A DNA stretch of 63,836 nt, counting the filler, from Octopus bimaculoides (lineage: Eukaryota), in NCBI RefSeq assembly GCF_001194135.2. It is 5 parts of 5 records of this genome, joined end to end, with 100 filler letters (N's around TTAATTAATTAA, not from the genome) between each part and the next. Parts side by side here need not be neighbours in the genome. Positions count along the whole stretch, not along the records: positions 1 to 19,619 come from NC_068984.1; 4 more parts are not named here. The stretch is one strand, 5' to 3'. Positions within the stretch are counted from its first letter, which is position 1. Every line of letters begins with the position of its first letter. Shown piece by piece: positions 1 to 13,688 of the stretch. Position numbers and translations under genes: made by a program. The notes under the pieces are model-generated. The model saw only the letters and a list, made by a program, of their open reading frames with translations. It had not been told where the DNA came from and made no database searches.

Positions 1-299
1 GATGCTTGAAGGTGGAGCGGTGCTTTGGAGGTGGCAGTAAGAGAAGAAACAGAGTATTCAAGGAAGGAAGAACAAGAACAAGAACATCGAGTACGACAAA
101 AGAAGCGGCGTTAGGGAGGTGGGGAGCAAAGAACAAAGAAGACAAAACGAGGAGAATGTGGAATGCGAAAGATGCTGGAGAAGGTGGAGGAGGAGGAAGG
201 GGGGAAGTGACAGGAAGAGGTTGAGAAAAGAGAAGAAAGTAACTGACGTAAAAGACAGACAGGCGATGAAGAATAAGAAACAGAAATTGAAAAATAGAA

Positions 300-330
<31 letters not shown>

Positions 331-365
331 GTAAGAAGAAGAATGGTCTCAAAGTTTGCTACATG

Positions 366-768
366 ACCAACAGTTTTAAGAGGAAGAGTTTGGTCGAGTA
401 CATCAACCCAAGTACTTTACTGGTATTCTATTTAATCGAGCCCGTAGGGATGAAAGGTAAAGTTGATCACGGCCGGATTTGAACTCACAATGTTAAGAAT
501 TGTGACAAATGCCGCAAGGCATTTCATACAAAGCTCTAACAATTCTGCCTATCCACTACGCTTAATAATATTGATGATGATGATGATGATGATGATCGCG
601 AAGACGATTATTATTATTATTATTAAATTCCACCGAAGCTGACTTTGCCTTTCGTCATTTTTGGGGATCGGTAAAATAAGCACCAGTTGAACTCTAGGGG
701 TCGATGTATTCGACTTAACCCCGCCTCCGAAATTGCTGGCCTTGTGCCAAAATTTGAAACCAGTATTG
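366..768. mobile_element. Two degenerate SINE-A-related copies (about 366-562 minus and 623-768 plus)
   Basis: gatgaaaggtaaagttgatc / gactttgcctttc cores. Confidence 0.6.
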
Positions 769-901
769 TAATTATTGAAATTGAAAAATTTTCTAACAAT
801 GCGCACGAGGCAAAGCTGTAGACAGCCAGACAGATAAATAGATAAATATTTAAACAGTTAGATGGGTTGACAGGTAGTTAGGTAAATTGACTGCTAGACG
901 A

Positions 902-971
<70 letters not shown>

Positions 972-1769
972 AGAGAGTCAGACAGACAGAAACAGAGAAA
1001 CAGTAAGACTGATAAGCAAAAATATTACAATGAGTCGGTTTCTTTACCATAATGCTGATCTCGATACAAAATGGCGTATAATGTAGTCAATTTAGTAATA
1101 TATTCAGTTAATACTGATGGAGAGCGAAAAAAAATTTAAACAAGAAATACACGAAGAAATTGTCGACATATAGTGAAGTACTAAATCTGACAGCCAATCA
1201 AAACCCGTACAAGACCAACACAAAATAAATATGTTATTTAAACTGATGTTGTGTCGTTTCTACTAACTGAGAAGAAGACGATGGCAATGGTGTCTTTGTA
1301 AATAACGATTTCTAATATAGGTGAAATGTCACACATTTTGTGATAAGGTCTACACGAGGGTTCAACTATTGCCGTGTGCTTAAGAAGTTCGCTTCGCCAC
1401 CACGTGATTCTGGGTTCGATCGCACAGTGCGTCACTTTTGGCAAGTGACACCTCGGGCAGTCACGGATTGAAAAATGTTTTCTAAATACAATTGTTGATT
1501 ATGTCGACCCCAATGGTCAACTGATATTCATTTTATCGAACCCGAAGGATAAAATACAAAGTCGGCTTCTACAGAATTTGAACTCACCACGTAAAGAGCC
1601 GGAAGAAATTCCGCTAAGCATCTTGTCCGATTCGCAAGCGAGTTTACCAGCTTGCTGCCTTAGTGTCATACTTAATCACATTATCTATTCGCCAGTTACT
1701 TTAGTGTTTGCCCTGAGATGGCACGTCCATGAGAGATGTTATCGCAGGACAAACACCGCAAAATCAATG

Positions 1770-2035
1770 AGTTCGATCGCCGTCCTCGGCACATTGCGTC
1801 CTTGAGCAAAACACTTTACTTCACATTGTTCCTGTCCACTGACAAAAATGAGTTGCATCTGTAATTCAAAGAGCCAGCCTTGTCATATTCGGTGTCACGC
1901 TGAATCTCCTCTCGGTAATCTCGTTAAGAACACGCGTGTCCATGGATTACTCAGTCACTTGCAGGTTACTTTCACGAGGAGGATGTTCCGTAGCTCGAAT
2001 CAACTGGAACACTCGTTGCAATCGACGGAGTGCCA
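1770..2035 (+). mobile_element. SINE-C-related, degenerate
   Basis: gccagccttgtca...gacggagtgcc tail. Confidence 0.65.
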
Positions 2036-2424
2036 GTTTTCTTTATATGTGTGTGTGTCTTACTTTTTTAACAACCGTCTATTCATATATATATATATAT
2101 ATATACATACACAAATAATATATACGCACACACACACACACACACACACAAACACATATATATATAATTATATATCGTTGCTATTATGTAAAAGTGTCAT
2201 AAGTCCAAAGCCTTACTTTTTCAGAAGACGAAAAATTAGTTCCACCATTCCGTAGCAAAACCGTTGTACTACAATTTGACAATTTTAAATATCTTAGCAT
2301 CTGAAACAGCTGGAGATACGATAGTTTGACCAAAAGAACCGGCTATTGCAAGCAAAAACAAATATCGAAAAAAGCCCATTTGGCCAAATTTGGACATACG
2401 ACAGTTTAACATAATAGCAACGAG

Positions 2425-2455
<31 letters not shown>

Positions 2456-3015
2456 ATAGATGGTTATTTAGTCATTTGCCGACTCCGGGGCTGCGGTACT
2501 CGTTTTGTATAACAGCAAGGGGATACAAATATAATGTAGTGTTATAAATGGGTGCATCGGTGTAAAGTTCTGTCGAGTGTAAACTGTACTAGCGATACCT
2601 ATTGGGGCGAGTGCCAGTGACTGTGTAAGAGTAAGTAATGTGTTATCAAATCGCCCAATAAACTTGGTTTCTAAGATTGTTATTGATTTGTACCGAAATT
2701 GTCGGTCAAAAATAATTGGAAACATAATTCAAGGGATTTATTAAATGTATTTGTCTGTTTAAAATGGCCATTGATATCAATGATAATAGATTAATATATT
2801 TTTTAAATAATCGTTTCGAATTTTTTTTGGTAGCAATAATAATGCTTTTTGGGAAAAAGCCAGCAATTTTGAAGGAAACGGCTTAGTCGATACCATCGCC
2901 CTCCGTACATAACTGGTACTTTATTTTGTATAAGGTAACTCCAACTAGTTGAGCCAGTGCATATCACGTTAAAAATTGAAACTATATATTTGGACAATAA
3001 TATTAGGACATATGA

Positions 3016-3640
3016 AGACGGTGAGCTGGCAGAAACGTTAGGACGTTGGGCGAAATGCTTAGCGGTATTTCGTCTGCCGTTACGTTCTGAGTTCAAATTC
3101 TACCGAGGTCGACTTTGCCTTTCATCCTTTCGGGGTCAATAAATTAAGTACCAGTTACGCACTGGGGATCGATGTAATCGACTTAATCTCTTTGTCTTTC
3201 TTTGTTTGTCCCCTCTATGTTTAGCCCCCTGTGGGCAATAAAGAAATAAGAAACGTTAGGACGCCGAGCGAAATGCTTAGCAGTGTTTCGTCTGCCGTTA
3301 CGTTCTGCGTTCAAATTCCGCCGATATCGACTTTGCGTTTCATCCTTTCGGGATCGATAAGTATCAGTTACGCACTGGGGTCGATGTAATCGACTTAATC
3401 CCTTTGTCTGTCCTTGTTTGTCCCCTCTATGTTTAGCCCCTTGTGGGCAATAAAGAGATAAGAAACCTTAGGACGCCGGGCGAAATGCCTAGCAGTATTT
3501 CGTTTGTCTTTACGTTCTGAGTTCAAATTCCGCCGATGTCGACTTTACCTTTCAACAGTTGCGCACTGGGTTCGCTCTAATCGATTAGCCCCCTCCCTCA
3601 AAATTTCGGGCCTTGTGTCTAGAGTAGAAAAGAATATTAG
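3016..3640 (+). mobile_element. SINE-A head-to-tail trimer (units about 3016-3250, 3251-3462 and 3463-3640)
   Basis: Repeated core gtcgactttgcctttcatcctttcggggtc and tail gtgggcaataaagaaataag; the third unit has an alternative tail. Confidence 0.85.
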
Positions 3641-3780
3641 AATATATGTACCCTCTCTGCAGCCTATTTCCCATCAAAATGAAGGATTATTATTATTAAA
3701 GTCTGATTTTTATTTTATTTTCCATTCAATCATCTCTCTCTCTCTCTGTCTCTCTCTCTCTCTTTCTCTCTTTCTCTTTC

Positions 3781-3833
<53 letters not shown>

Positions 3834-4923
3834 TTGTATTCAAGGCAGGCATTGCACATCTTGTATTTGTGCACGAATCGCCATTTTACGTTCTGTCTCC
3901 AAATTCCATTGAAGTCAACTTTCACCTATATATATATTTCCTTAATTTCTAAAATGAAAATACCAACTCACTTCACGCTTCGATGTTTGTTTATAAAACT
4001 GTTCTCTCATATAGATAGATAGATAGATAGATACACATATATATACACACATACATGTATAATGTAAAAGCTGACTTTGCTGTAATTTGAAAACAAAACG
4101 ACGCAAAGAGCCGGAAAATATATCACGAGGCATTTGTGTCCAATGTTCTAATAATTCAGTTAGTTCACCGCCTTTTTGATTGCAATAATAATGAAATTTT
4201 TAATAGCCAATGTATAAATATTCTTCTGACTTCTTGTACTGCCATAATTTTTAGATTCCACGTATTTTCTTTTCTTCCAGATAGCCGAAATTTACCAACA
4301 TTCAGAAGAAGTTACGAAAGCTCGATTGAATAAAATTTTTCGAAGATTTTCGAAGATTCTCTTCACCATTCGTCATAGGAGAAGGTTTTTATTTCTGTAT
4401 GCTTTTGCTTGCATCAATTCTATTCGGTGAGAAGAGGAAACTCAAAATGATGGAGGATGTTGATCAATGATTTGCTGTATAGTCAAGAAGCGGAGAAAAA
4501 CTTCCTTGAAGAATGGTGTAAAGAAAAAAGGAAGAATTTTCAACAACTGATAGATTCCCAAGTACGAATAATTCATGTGTATTTAAGTCGTAAGTTTTAT
4601 TTTGGTCTACTTTGAAACGTTTTAGTTGTTTGTTTGTTTTTTATTTTTCTTATTTTATCTTGAGGGCGATTCGGTTCAATCTCGTTGAGATTCACTGTTG
4701 CGTTGAAGAGTTCAGTGTAATTGATCTGGACATTTTTGCTTTCTCTTTCTTAAGACTCTTTAAATGTTAAATCAGTCTTTTCCAAGCTAATGTCCCAAGT
4801 CAGTTATATTGCACAAAAGCCTTGTCGTCTGCCAAAATACGGTATCTAAAGTTAGTAGTATTCATTTGCTGTCGAGCTTTTTTTTTTTCTCTGACTTTCA
4901 CTACATACATTGTACGGCTGCGT

Positions 4924-5208
4924 GGAGGCGCAATGGCCCAGTGGTTAGGGCAGCGGCATCGCGGTCGTAGGAGCGCGGTTTCGATTCCCAGACCGGGTGT
5001 TGTGAGTGTTTATTGAGCGAAAATACCTAAAACTCCACGAGGCTCCGGTAGGGGGGTGGCGAACCCTGCTGTACTCTTTCACCACAACTTTCTCTCACAC
5101 TATCTTCCTGTTTCTGTTGTACCTGTATTTCAAAGGGCCAGCCTTGTCACACTCTGTGTCACGCTCAATATCCCCCGAGAACTATGCTAAGGGTACACGT
5201 GTCTGTGT
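4924..5208 (+). mobile_element. SINE-C, tRNA-derived, 3'-truncated
   Basis: Pol III A-box TGGCCCAGTGG and B-box GTTTCGATTCC; body shared with the 8364 and 53150 copies. Confidence 0.85.
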
Positions 5209-5720
5209 AGTTTATATTTAGTTTACAAAGCATTGTGTGTGTGTAAACAATAATTGTAATTTTAAGTTTATAAACGTCCGATGTGTATTGACACACTCGT
5301 CACGGTTTCTTCATTTAACGCAGAATATATATATGATTTATTTATGATTGATATATATATATATATATATATACATACATTGTATGTGTTCACATTGAGG
5401 AATTAGTAATATTTTATAATATAAAGTATATACTAAAGTTTATGCCGATTTAACCTCTTTCATCTTCCTTTGNNNNNNNNNNNNNNNNNNNNNNNNNNNN
5501 NNNNNNNNNNNNNNAATAGAAACTTCACCGGAAAATGATTGTTGTCTCCTTTAAATTGTGTAGGAATGATGAAGTTGAATGTTTCGATATAGGGAAGAGA
5601 AATAGGAAAACCTCAGTTATAGATACCATTGGTAATTATAATACTTTACTGAGATGAAAATGACCAATTTTCATAAAGGATTCCAACGAACTGACTCCTA
5701 CATATTCCCGGTGTTTATCG

Positions 5721-5767
<47 letters not shown>

Positions 5768-7164
5768 CATAATTATATATGAATCGAAATATGAACGCAC
5801 CTGACACAGAATAATTGACGTGAGATTTGACTAATATATCGACACGAAACATTGGCTGGAATAATTTTCATTTTGTATTTTACTTTATTTTCAAATATAA
5901 TTCCTTCTCCTCCTCTTTTATATCTGGTGTCTGAGACAGTCTTCAACGGTCCCTCCTTCTATACTGGCCTAACCCTAAAACTTCATATCAATTAATTTGG
6001 ATTTATATTTTCTGAAGAATGAAATAATTCATTTTCTACGAATCTTTAGCATTCCAGAAATATTTAATTTCCTGACAGTTACAAAAATCAGACCGCCATC
6101 CCACCGCCTCTAATTATTAAAAGAAACAAAAAGCAGCTAATTCAGTTGACTCATAGCCACTACCTCCACCACCACCACCAGCACCACCACTCGACGACCA
6201 CAACCACCCTACTACATCATATCGTTTTCACCAGCCGCCTTAATCCACATCTGTAAAATCGCAGTGAGTTACATCTTTTAAATGTCATCACATGATCAGC
6301 TTTTGGATTTTCTGGAGTGTTATTTCTACTCTTATTTTAAAACAGCTATTTGCTCTCAGTTGGCGAAATATTCCAGTCTGCACATCAATACGCCAATGTG
6401 TGCGTAAATGCATGCGTGCATAAATGTGTACAACTCTAAGCATGCACTAACGTCTAGTTGTGCTTTCTTAATGTGCAATCTATTAATATTTCGCTATATT
6501 CAAATACAAAGATACCTTACAAACAGCCCAGTTGCATGGGTAATTTATGTGTCTATTTCTGCACATCGATGTTTGTGTGCATAAAACGTTTATTTTCAGC
6601 AGGAAATTTTTATTCATAAAAATTAAAATATTAATTGAATAAATCTAGCCAGAGTTTTATTAAATTGATACAAATACAATGAAAATTTTTGAGAAGAAAC
6701 CGTTTTAAAAGTATTGCTCATTGATGTTGACAAAATTACATTTCAGTAAAAGTTTCTATATATATCCATTTATAGCTGACGATACCGAAGGGTTATTAAT
6801 ATAAAGACATTTAAAGCATTCATAACTAACGAAAATCACATTTCCTATGAGAGATTTAGAGATTTAGAATAGTGACAGCAATTGTAGGTCAAGTGTTCTC
6901 TCCAGACTGCCAACCTTTCAGAAGTATTAGCACTTGCCAAAGCTGAACTACCAAGGACAATCATTCTGTTGCAGCTGTAAACCTCCTTAGCCACGAATAT
7001 TTCCCGAGTCACCTTCCAGCTATTCATTTACCAAAAACATTATAAAAATCATTTCCTTCAACTATTTACATAGATTTCAGATATCAAAGTCATTTATTTT
7101 AGAATGATATCAGTTTTATCACCTGCTAATGTTAATACTTTAAGGTCGATTTAATTTCATATCA

Positions 7165-7224
<60 letters not shown>

Positions 7225-8363
7225 CTCTCTCTTTCTCTCTCTCTCTCTCGCGTTCTCTGCGTATGTTCTTATATCTCTCTCTCTTCATATATGTGCGTGT
7301 GTCTCCGTGTGTGTATGCATAAAAGTGCATGTATGTGTATGCATTATATATGCATCCATGTATATACATATATATATGTGTGTACGTTTACTGTGGACTG
7401 TCGGAAAAAGAGTACTCAATACTAGTCTACCTCGTGGTGCTGAGAGGTGTGGTCAATCTTGACCGGTAGAGGTCCTTCATATCTTAGATAATGGATCTAT
7501 TTCATCATGAGTCTATTCCAATAGGGGCTCTCCTGAAACGGAATATCAACTACATAGATAGATAGATAGATACATACATACATACATACATACATACATA
7601 CATACATACGTATCAATAATAAGAATTCTTGCTTCTTTCTTTTCATTTTTACTGTTACTTGACATCTAACAAGATAGTTCTTACTCTATTTTCTGTCCTT
7701 TTCCCCCGTTATCCATGAATACTCTAAGGAACAGTGAGGTTTCGATTATTATTATGAGAGCTATTTAATATTCTATGGTTAAAAAATGCACTCTACAATT
7801 ACGTGGTTTCCGGTTCGTTCCCACTACGCAACACCCTGTGTTTGTGTCTTCTGACAAAGCCGTGCGTTGAGCATGGCCCTCTGTGTGAAATTTGTTGATA
7901 GAAACTATATAGAAGCCCGTCAGTAGGATGATATCTATTTTGAGTAGTAGATATAATCCATCAACTTTTCTGGTCCTTGGGTGCCTTTAATGGCTTTTCC
8001 GTTGTATGCATTAAAGAACAGGTTTTTTGTTTTAGGATAACTTCCATCTTTCCTTTCAGCCATCTTGAACACTGCAATGGAACCAGAGAACTGACTTTTA
8101 CTTTTGAATAAAGCATTGCAAAACGAAGGAAGCTTGTTTTATAAAATAACAATAACAAATGTAACGTTTTTTCTAACACCAATAAAATGAAATAGAATGA
8201 AACTCAGATATGGAGTGGAGGATAACTTTAATAAAAGATAAACACTTGATGAAACAAAAATCGCAATGTTAACGCGAGAAGAACGTTAATTGCGAATACA
8301 AATTCAGAATGATGAGGAGAGTTATAACAGAGAGGTTAAAATGAGTGTCAGGGGACAAGGTCA

Positions 8364-8728
8364 GGCACTCCGTCGGTTCCAGTTGATCCGATCAACGGAA
8401 CAGCCTGCTCGTGAAATTAACGCGTAAGCGGCTGAGCACTCCACAGACATGTGTACCATTAATGTAGTTCTCAGGGAGATTCAGCTTGATACAGCATGTG
8501 TCAAGGCTGGCCCTTTGAATTACGGGCACAACAGAAACAGGAAGAAAGAGTGAGAGAAAGCTGTGGTGAAAGAGTACAGCAGGGTTCGCCACCATCCCCT
8601 GCCGGAGCCTCGTGGAACTTTAGGTGTTTTCGCTCAATAAACACGCACAACACCCGGTCTGGGAATCGAAACCGTGATCCTACGACCACGAGTCCGCTGC
8701 CCTAACCACTGGGCCATTGCGCCTCCAT
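8364..8728 (-). mobile_element. SINE-C, full length with a 12-bp TSD
   Basis: TSD gacaaggtcagg at 8354-8365 and 8729-8740; A/B boxes present. Confidence 0.9.
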
Positions 8729-9498
8729 GACAAGGTCAGGTAATAGGGTCAAACGACAATGACAAACAACTGACTGAAGAAGATATCAATTTTTAACATC
8801 AGCAAGAGACTCCAAATTTTGTTGGAGGGTATAATCGGCCTAAAATCGGCCCCAATATTTTATTCTTTTTAAGTAACGTTTTTAAGCACCCCAGAAGGTT
8901 GAAGACAAGGTTGATCTCGGCGAGATCTAAACTCAACTTTTGGTACTTACCATTTTTTTTTACTAGCTATTTTTCCAAGATGTTTTTCAATCGGAAAGAC
9001 AATATCTTCTTACGGATAGTTTCCTAAAATTAGATTTGTTACATAACATTCAGTCTCAACGTTACTTATTTTCCATATAATCCAACATGGTCCCTCTAAA
9101 GAATTTGATTTTATACAACACTGAATTCCTTTCAATCAATCGTTCATGCTTTGTGAAGCTTCTGAAAGAACTATCGGTTTATTGTCATTCCTTTTGACAT
9201 AAACTTTCCCACAGAGTATTTTACTTCCAGGCAAATAATGGAATATGGCTTTCTTTATGTTTTTGCATCAACCTGCACAACGCTTCCATTAGTTTCACTT
9301 TCATCCAAGATAGCCACTGTTTCTTACATTATCCCTGCGTTGTAATGTTTGAATACGTTTTCCAAGAATCTAAGTTTAGAAAAATCTATGGATTTATATT
9401 TTATCTAATAGTCAGCAATGCTTTATCTTATTTCTGATTACCCTATGAGCAACTGTCACATGTTTACTGGTGCTAAGAAGAGAATTTTTTACTCTTCT

Positions 9499-9730
9499 TA
9501 TTTCTTTATTGCCTACTAGTGGCTAAACATAGAGGGGACAAACAAGGACAGACAAAGGGATTTAGTCGATTACATCGACCCCAGTGCGTAACTGATACTT
9601 AATTTATCGACCCCCGAAAGGATGAGAGGCAAAGTCGACCTCGGCGGAATTTGAACTCAGAACGTAACGGCAGACGGAATACTGCTAAGCATTTCGCCCG
9701 GCGTGCTAACGTTTCTGCCAGCTCACCGCC
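9499..9730 (-). mobile_element. SINE-A, full-length monomer with a 12-bp TSD
   Basis: TSD tttactcttctt at 9487-9498 and 9731-9742. Confidence 0.9.
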
Positions 9731-9879
9731 TTTACTCTTCTTCAAGCTGTGAAACAGACGAGCTCTCCGTCAGTCTTCTCGTTGTCAAAAGTAAAGTATA
9801 CACTCTCGCACGCTGCATAATCGGGTAATGAATCCGCGTTTGAACTACGGTCTTCCCAAATCTATAGTCTTTCTTTTCA

Positions 9880-10290
9880 TCTTTTACTTGTTTCAGTTTT
9901 TAGACAGCGGCCATGCTGGGGCACTGCCTTGAAGAATTTTGGGTCAAATAAATCGATTCCAGTACATTCATTTTAAGCCTGGTACTTTTCTTATCGGTCT
10001 GTTTTGCCAATCTGCTAAGTAGCGAGGACATGAACGCGTCAATACCGATTACCAAGTTGCGGTAGGAGACAAACACACCCACGCACGCGCACACTCACAC
10101 ACACACACAGACACACACACACACGATGGCTTTTTTTTTCAGTTTCCATCTATCATATCACTCACAAGGCTTTGGTCGGCCCGAGGCTATAGTAGAAGAC
10201 ACTTGCTCAAGGTTTCACACAGTGGGACTGAACCCGGAACCATATAGTATGAAAGCTAATTTCTTACCACGCAACCACACCTACGTCTAA
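9880..10290 (-). mobile_element. SINE-B, full length with an internal CA tract
   Basis: Tail cttgtttcag...gcggccatgctgg; head gggactgaacccggaacc. Confidence 0.8.
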
Positions 10291-11038
10291 AATGATCATA
10301 TTCTATTTACATAACACACACATACACAAATATATAATGCATATATATTCGTGGCGGGAGTATATAACAGTATACGGTTCACTTCACTTCACTTCACCAC
10401 CACAAGTTCTCGGGTTTGATCACACGGCGTGACATTTTGGGCAAATGTCTATAACCTTGCGTCGGCCCAAATCTTACAAATAAAATTGGCTAGACGGAAA
10501 CTGTAGAGAAGACTGTCGAGTAGAGTATACCTGTACTTTCGAAGTTACAGCTTGCCACACTGTTATGCTGATTCCTACTGATAATTATTGTTAGGGGTAC
10601 TCGTGTTTGAGGAATGTTCTACTACTGAAATCTTGTTCGAATCAGGAGGTTTTGCAGTCCTTCCCAAACTTCCCATCAGCGAATTTGTCAAAAGATGGGT
10701 GACTGTAACATAAAATAGTTAGGGTGAATGGAGCTACTCCAAGGGTGTGCCTGTAGATTGGTGAACAACAGTTGGGCGAGGGCTTGTGCCTTTGAGGATC
10801 AGGGTGGTCCTAGATTTGTGGGGAGGTTCCTTGATTGGCCATCAAGGGGGAATGCATCAACCACGCATTTTTTAATCTCATTTCTCTCTTCTCTCTCTTT
10901 ATTCCCCCTCATCATATTATGTAAGACCCCACACAATTTGTAAACGGTTTTTGCAACATCCATTCTCATCAGATTTCCCTATGACAAAAAGAGAAAGCAG
11001 CAGCAGCGGCAGCGGCAGCAGTAGAAGACGTGGTGGTG

Positions 11039-11071
<33 letters not shown>

Positions 11072-11340
11072 CGCTGTTCCGGATTGTGAAACACTCTGCT
11101 GTCTGATGTTGTGAATTAAGCGACAGCATGTAACCATGTGATTAAATGTACTTTTCTAAGCATTAACGTGTGAGTATGTTTCTCTGTGTGTATTTGTGGG
11201 CTGTAGGGGTGGGGGAGTGTACGTGCATATGCATTTCCTGCGTGCGTGTGCATATTGTGCAGCGAGCGAATACGTTCACTTATAAAGTCTTGCCGTATAT
11301 TTTTAGTTTAATCTCTTGTTTAGTTTATTTGAATCTGTCG

Positions 11341-11375
<35 letters not shown>

Positions 11376-11417
11376 CAACATTATTATTACTATTATTATT
11401 ATTATTATTATTTGTTA

Positions 11418-11448
<31 letters not shown>

Positions 11449-12137
11449 TATTATTATTGTTATTATTGCGACAAAGAAATTAAATAAGAAATGATGAAAA
11501 GTATCCCAATTACATTTATGAATTTAGTTAATTTCCGTTCGACATCTATCGCCTGTCCATGATGGGATGGGCTGTATTTCTGTTTGAGGGGAGGGGGAAT
11601 TAAACATATTTTTCCATTGACTGTTCATTTACTCCAATTCTATGTCACCTCCTTTTTAATTCCTCCCCCCCCCCACACACACACACTCTATATATCTAGA
11701 TATATGCCTTTCTGTCTATCTTTCAATCATGCTAACTTCTTCTCACTCGTTTCTTCTCGTGTTTTTTTCTCGGTTTTCGTTGGGGTTTTTTTTCTTAATC
11801 TTACTCATTGTCTTCTCTCTTTCTTTCACACACATCGCTTTCTTTCTCGTACAACGTTAGTAATGGCCTTACATGTCTCATACACACAGATACATAACAA
11901 ATAAGCGAGGTTACTCATAAAATTCATTATAAACAAGAAAACCGCACAAAAACAGACACACGAACACACATCTACGTATATATCTGTTCATACATGTATG
12001 CATAATATATGTACATATGTGTGTCTGTATACGCACAACATATACATACATGCATTATATATGTATATATGCATGTATGTATGTGTGTGCATTCATATAT
12101 ACAAATGTATATGCATGTATGTATGCAATATATATCT

Positions 12138-12440
12138 TTGAGGGCGCATGGTCTAGTGCTTAGGGCGTTGCACCCACGATCTAGCGATCGTGATTTCAAT
12201 TCCTAGACTGGGTAATGCGTTGTGTTCTTGAACAAAACACTTCATCTCGCACTGCTCTGCGATCGCTTCGACGCATGACCCGTGGCACATTGTACACTTC
12301 TTCAGACAATGTCAATTAGATGGAGAGCGTGATCTAATGTACAGCACATAGATTTGATCACTATAAACAAATCATTTATGCAGGGCGTTCGGCAAAAGCT
12401 GAACTCACATACGTCATCTTCGATGAGAGAATCCATCACA
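12138..12440 (+). mobile_element. tRNA-derived SINE, a further family (partial homolog on the minus strand at 54470-54710)
   Basis: Head gagggcgcatggtctagtgcttagg; body ctgctctgcgatcgcttcgac...gatcactataaacaaatc. Confidence 0.6.
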
Positions 12441-12649
12441 GTATATGTGTTTATACATATGTACTTGCATAAATGAATTTATATGTCCATATATGTGTGT
12501 GTTCAGGTGCTTATGTATTAGTAATTTCATACCAACAGGATTCTAGCGGACATGCGTAAACCCGACAATGAACTGCTAACAACAGACATTCAAGCAATGT
12601 TTCTATTAATTTGGGTGTGAAAAGAGATACCAATTGGCCTTATAAATTC

Positions 12650-12815
12650 AATCATTTCTACTATTTTAGGAACAGATACAAATCAGATTTTGGCAACTAC
12701 AGGAGAATCGCCCTTTTGTCAACTGCTGGAAAAATTCCATTTAGAATTATAGCCACCCGATCCCTTCCACTATTGAAGAGACTTCTTTGTTCTCAATTTA
12801 GTTTTCAACCACTGT
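12650..12815 (+). mobile_element. RTE-type LINE reverse transcriptase N-terminal fragment
   Basis: KSDFGNYRRIALLSTAGKIPFRIIATRSLPLLKRLLCSQFSFQP matches the NYR.ISLLS..GK...RI...RL......SQ.GFRP motif. Confidence 0.75.
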
Positions 12816-12825
12816 ATATACATAC

Positions 12826-12907
<82 letters not shown>

Positions 12908-12909
12908 CG

Positions 12910-13118
12910 TCTTTATGTTTGTGCGCCATCACCGATTGACAACCGCTGTTGATGTGTTTTAGTCCCCGTAACCTAGCGTTTCGGCAAATAAAACCGATAG
13001 AATAAGTACCGGGCTTTAAAAAGAAATAAGTACTCGAGTTAATTTCTTCGACCAAAATTTTCTGAAGGTGGTGATACAGCATGGCTGCAGTCTAATGACT
13101 GAAACAAGCAAAAGATAA
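12910..13118 (+). mobile_element. SINE-B, 3' half
   Basis: gacaaccgctgttgatgtg...cagcatggctgcagtctaatgactgaaacaag. Confidence 0.75.
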
Positions 13119-13178
13119 AATATGTGGGTGTATGTGTGTGTGTATATATGTATATATATATATATGTGTGTGTGGGTG

Positions 13179-13210
<32 letters not shown>

Positions 13211-13352
13211 ACTATGTGTATATATATGTCTATGTATATATTTATGTGTCTATATATGCATGTATATATATATATATATGTATGTGTGTATATGTATATG
13301 TCTATATATGTTTATATATGTGTGTATATATATATGTGTGTGTGTATGTGTG

Positions 13353-13403
<51 letters not shown>

Positions 13404-13657
13404 ACGTGTGCGTGTGTGTGTCTTGGTTTCTTTCATCTACCTTCTCCACTTAAACAAGTCAAGATTCACAAGAGATTCACAAGTGTTTGAATCAAACTCG
13501 GATTTTGGGTTTTTTTCTTTTTTGCGTTCTGAACGAAAATCAGCCATTTTTCTCTTACTAATTCTTCATTCTTGTCTTTTCTCTCTCCTCCCCTCACTCT
13601 CCCTCACTCTCTCTCTCTCCTTGCCCCTTTCTCTCTGTCCCCACCTCTCTCTCTCTA

Positions 13658-13688
<31 letters not shown>

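Noticed and set aside
3016-3462. Regularly repeated units as a CRISPR-like array
   Set aside because: The units are whole ~215-bp SINE copies with no unique spacers, in a eukaryotic context with no cas genes.
4924-4995. tRNA-like A/B-box sequences as tRNA genes (also 8660-8728, 42575-42650 and 53450-53518)
   Set aside because: They continue into shared SINE bodies and lack a complete cloverleaf.
6845-7027. 60-aa minus ORF in non-repetitive sequence
   Set aside because: No recognisable motif or splice support.
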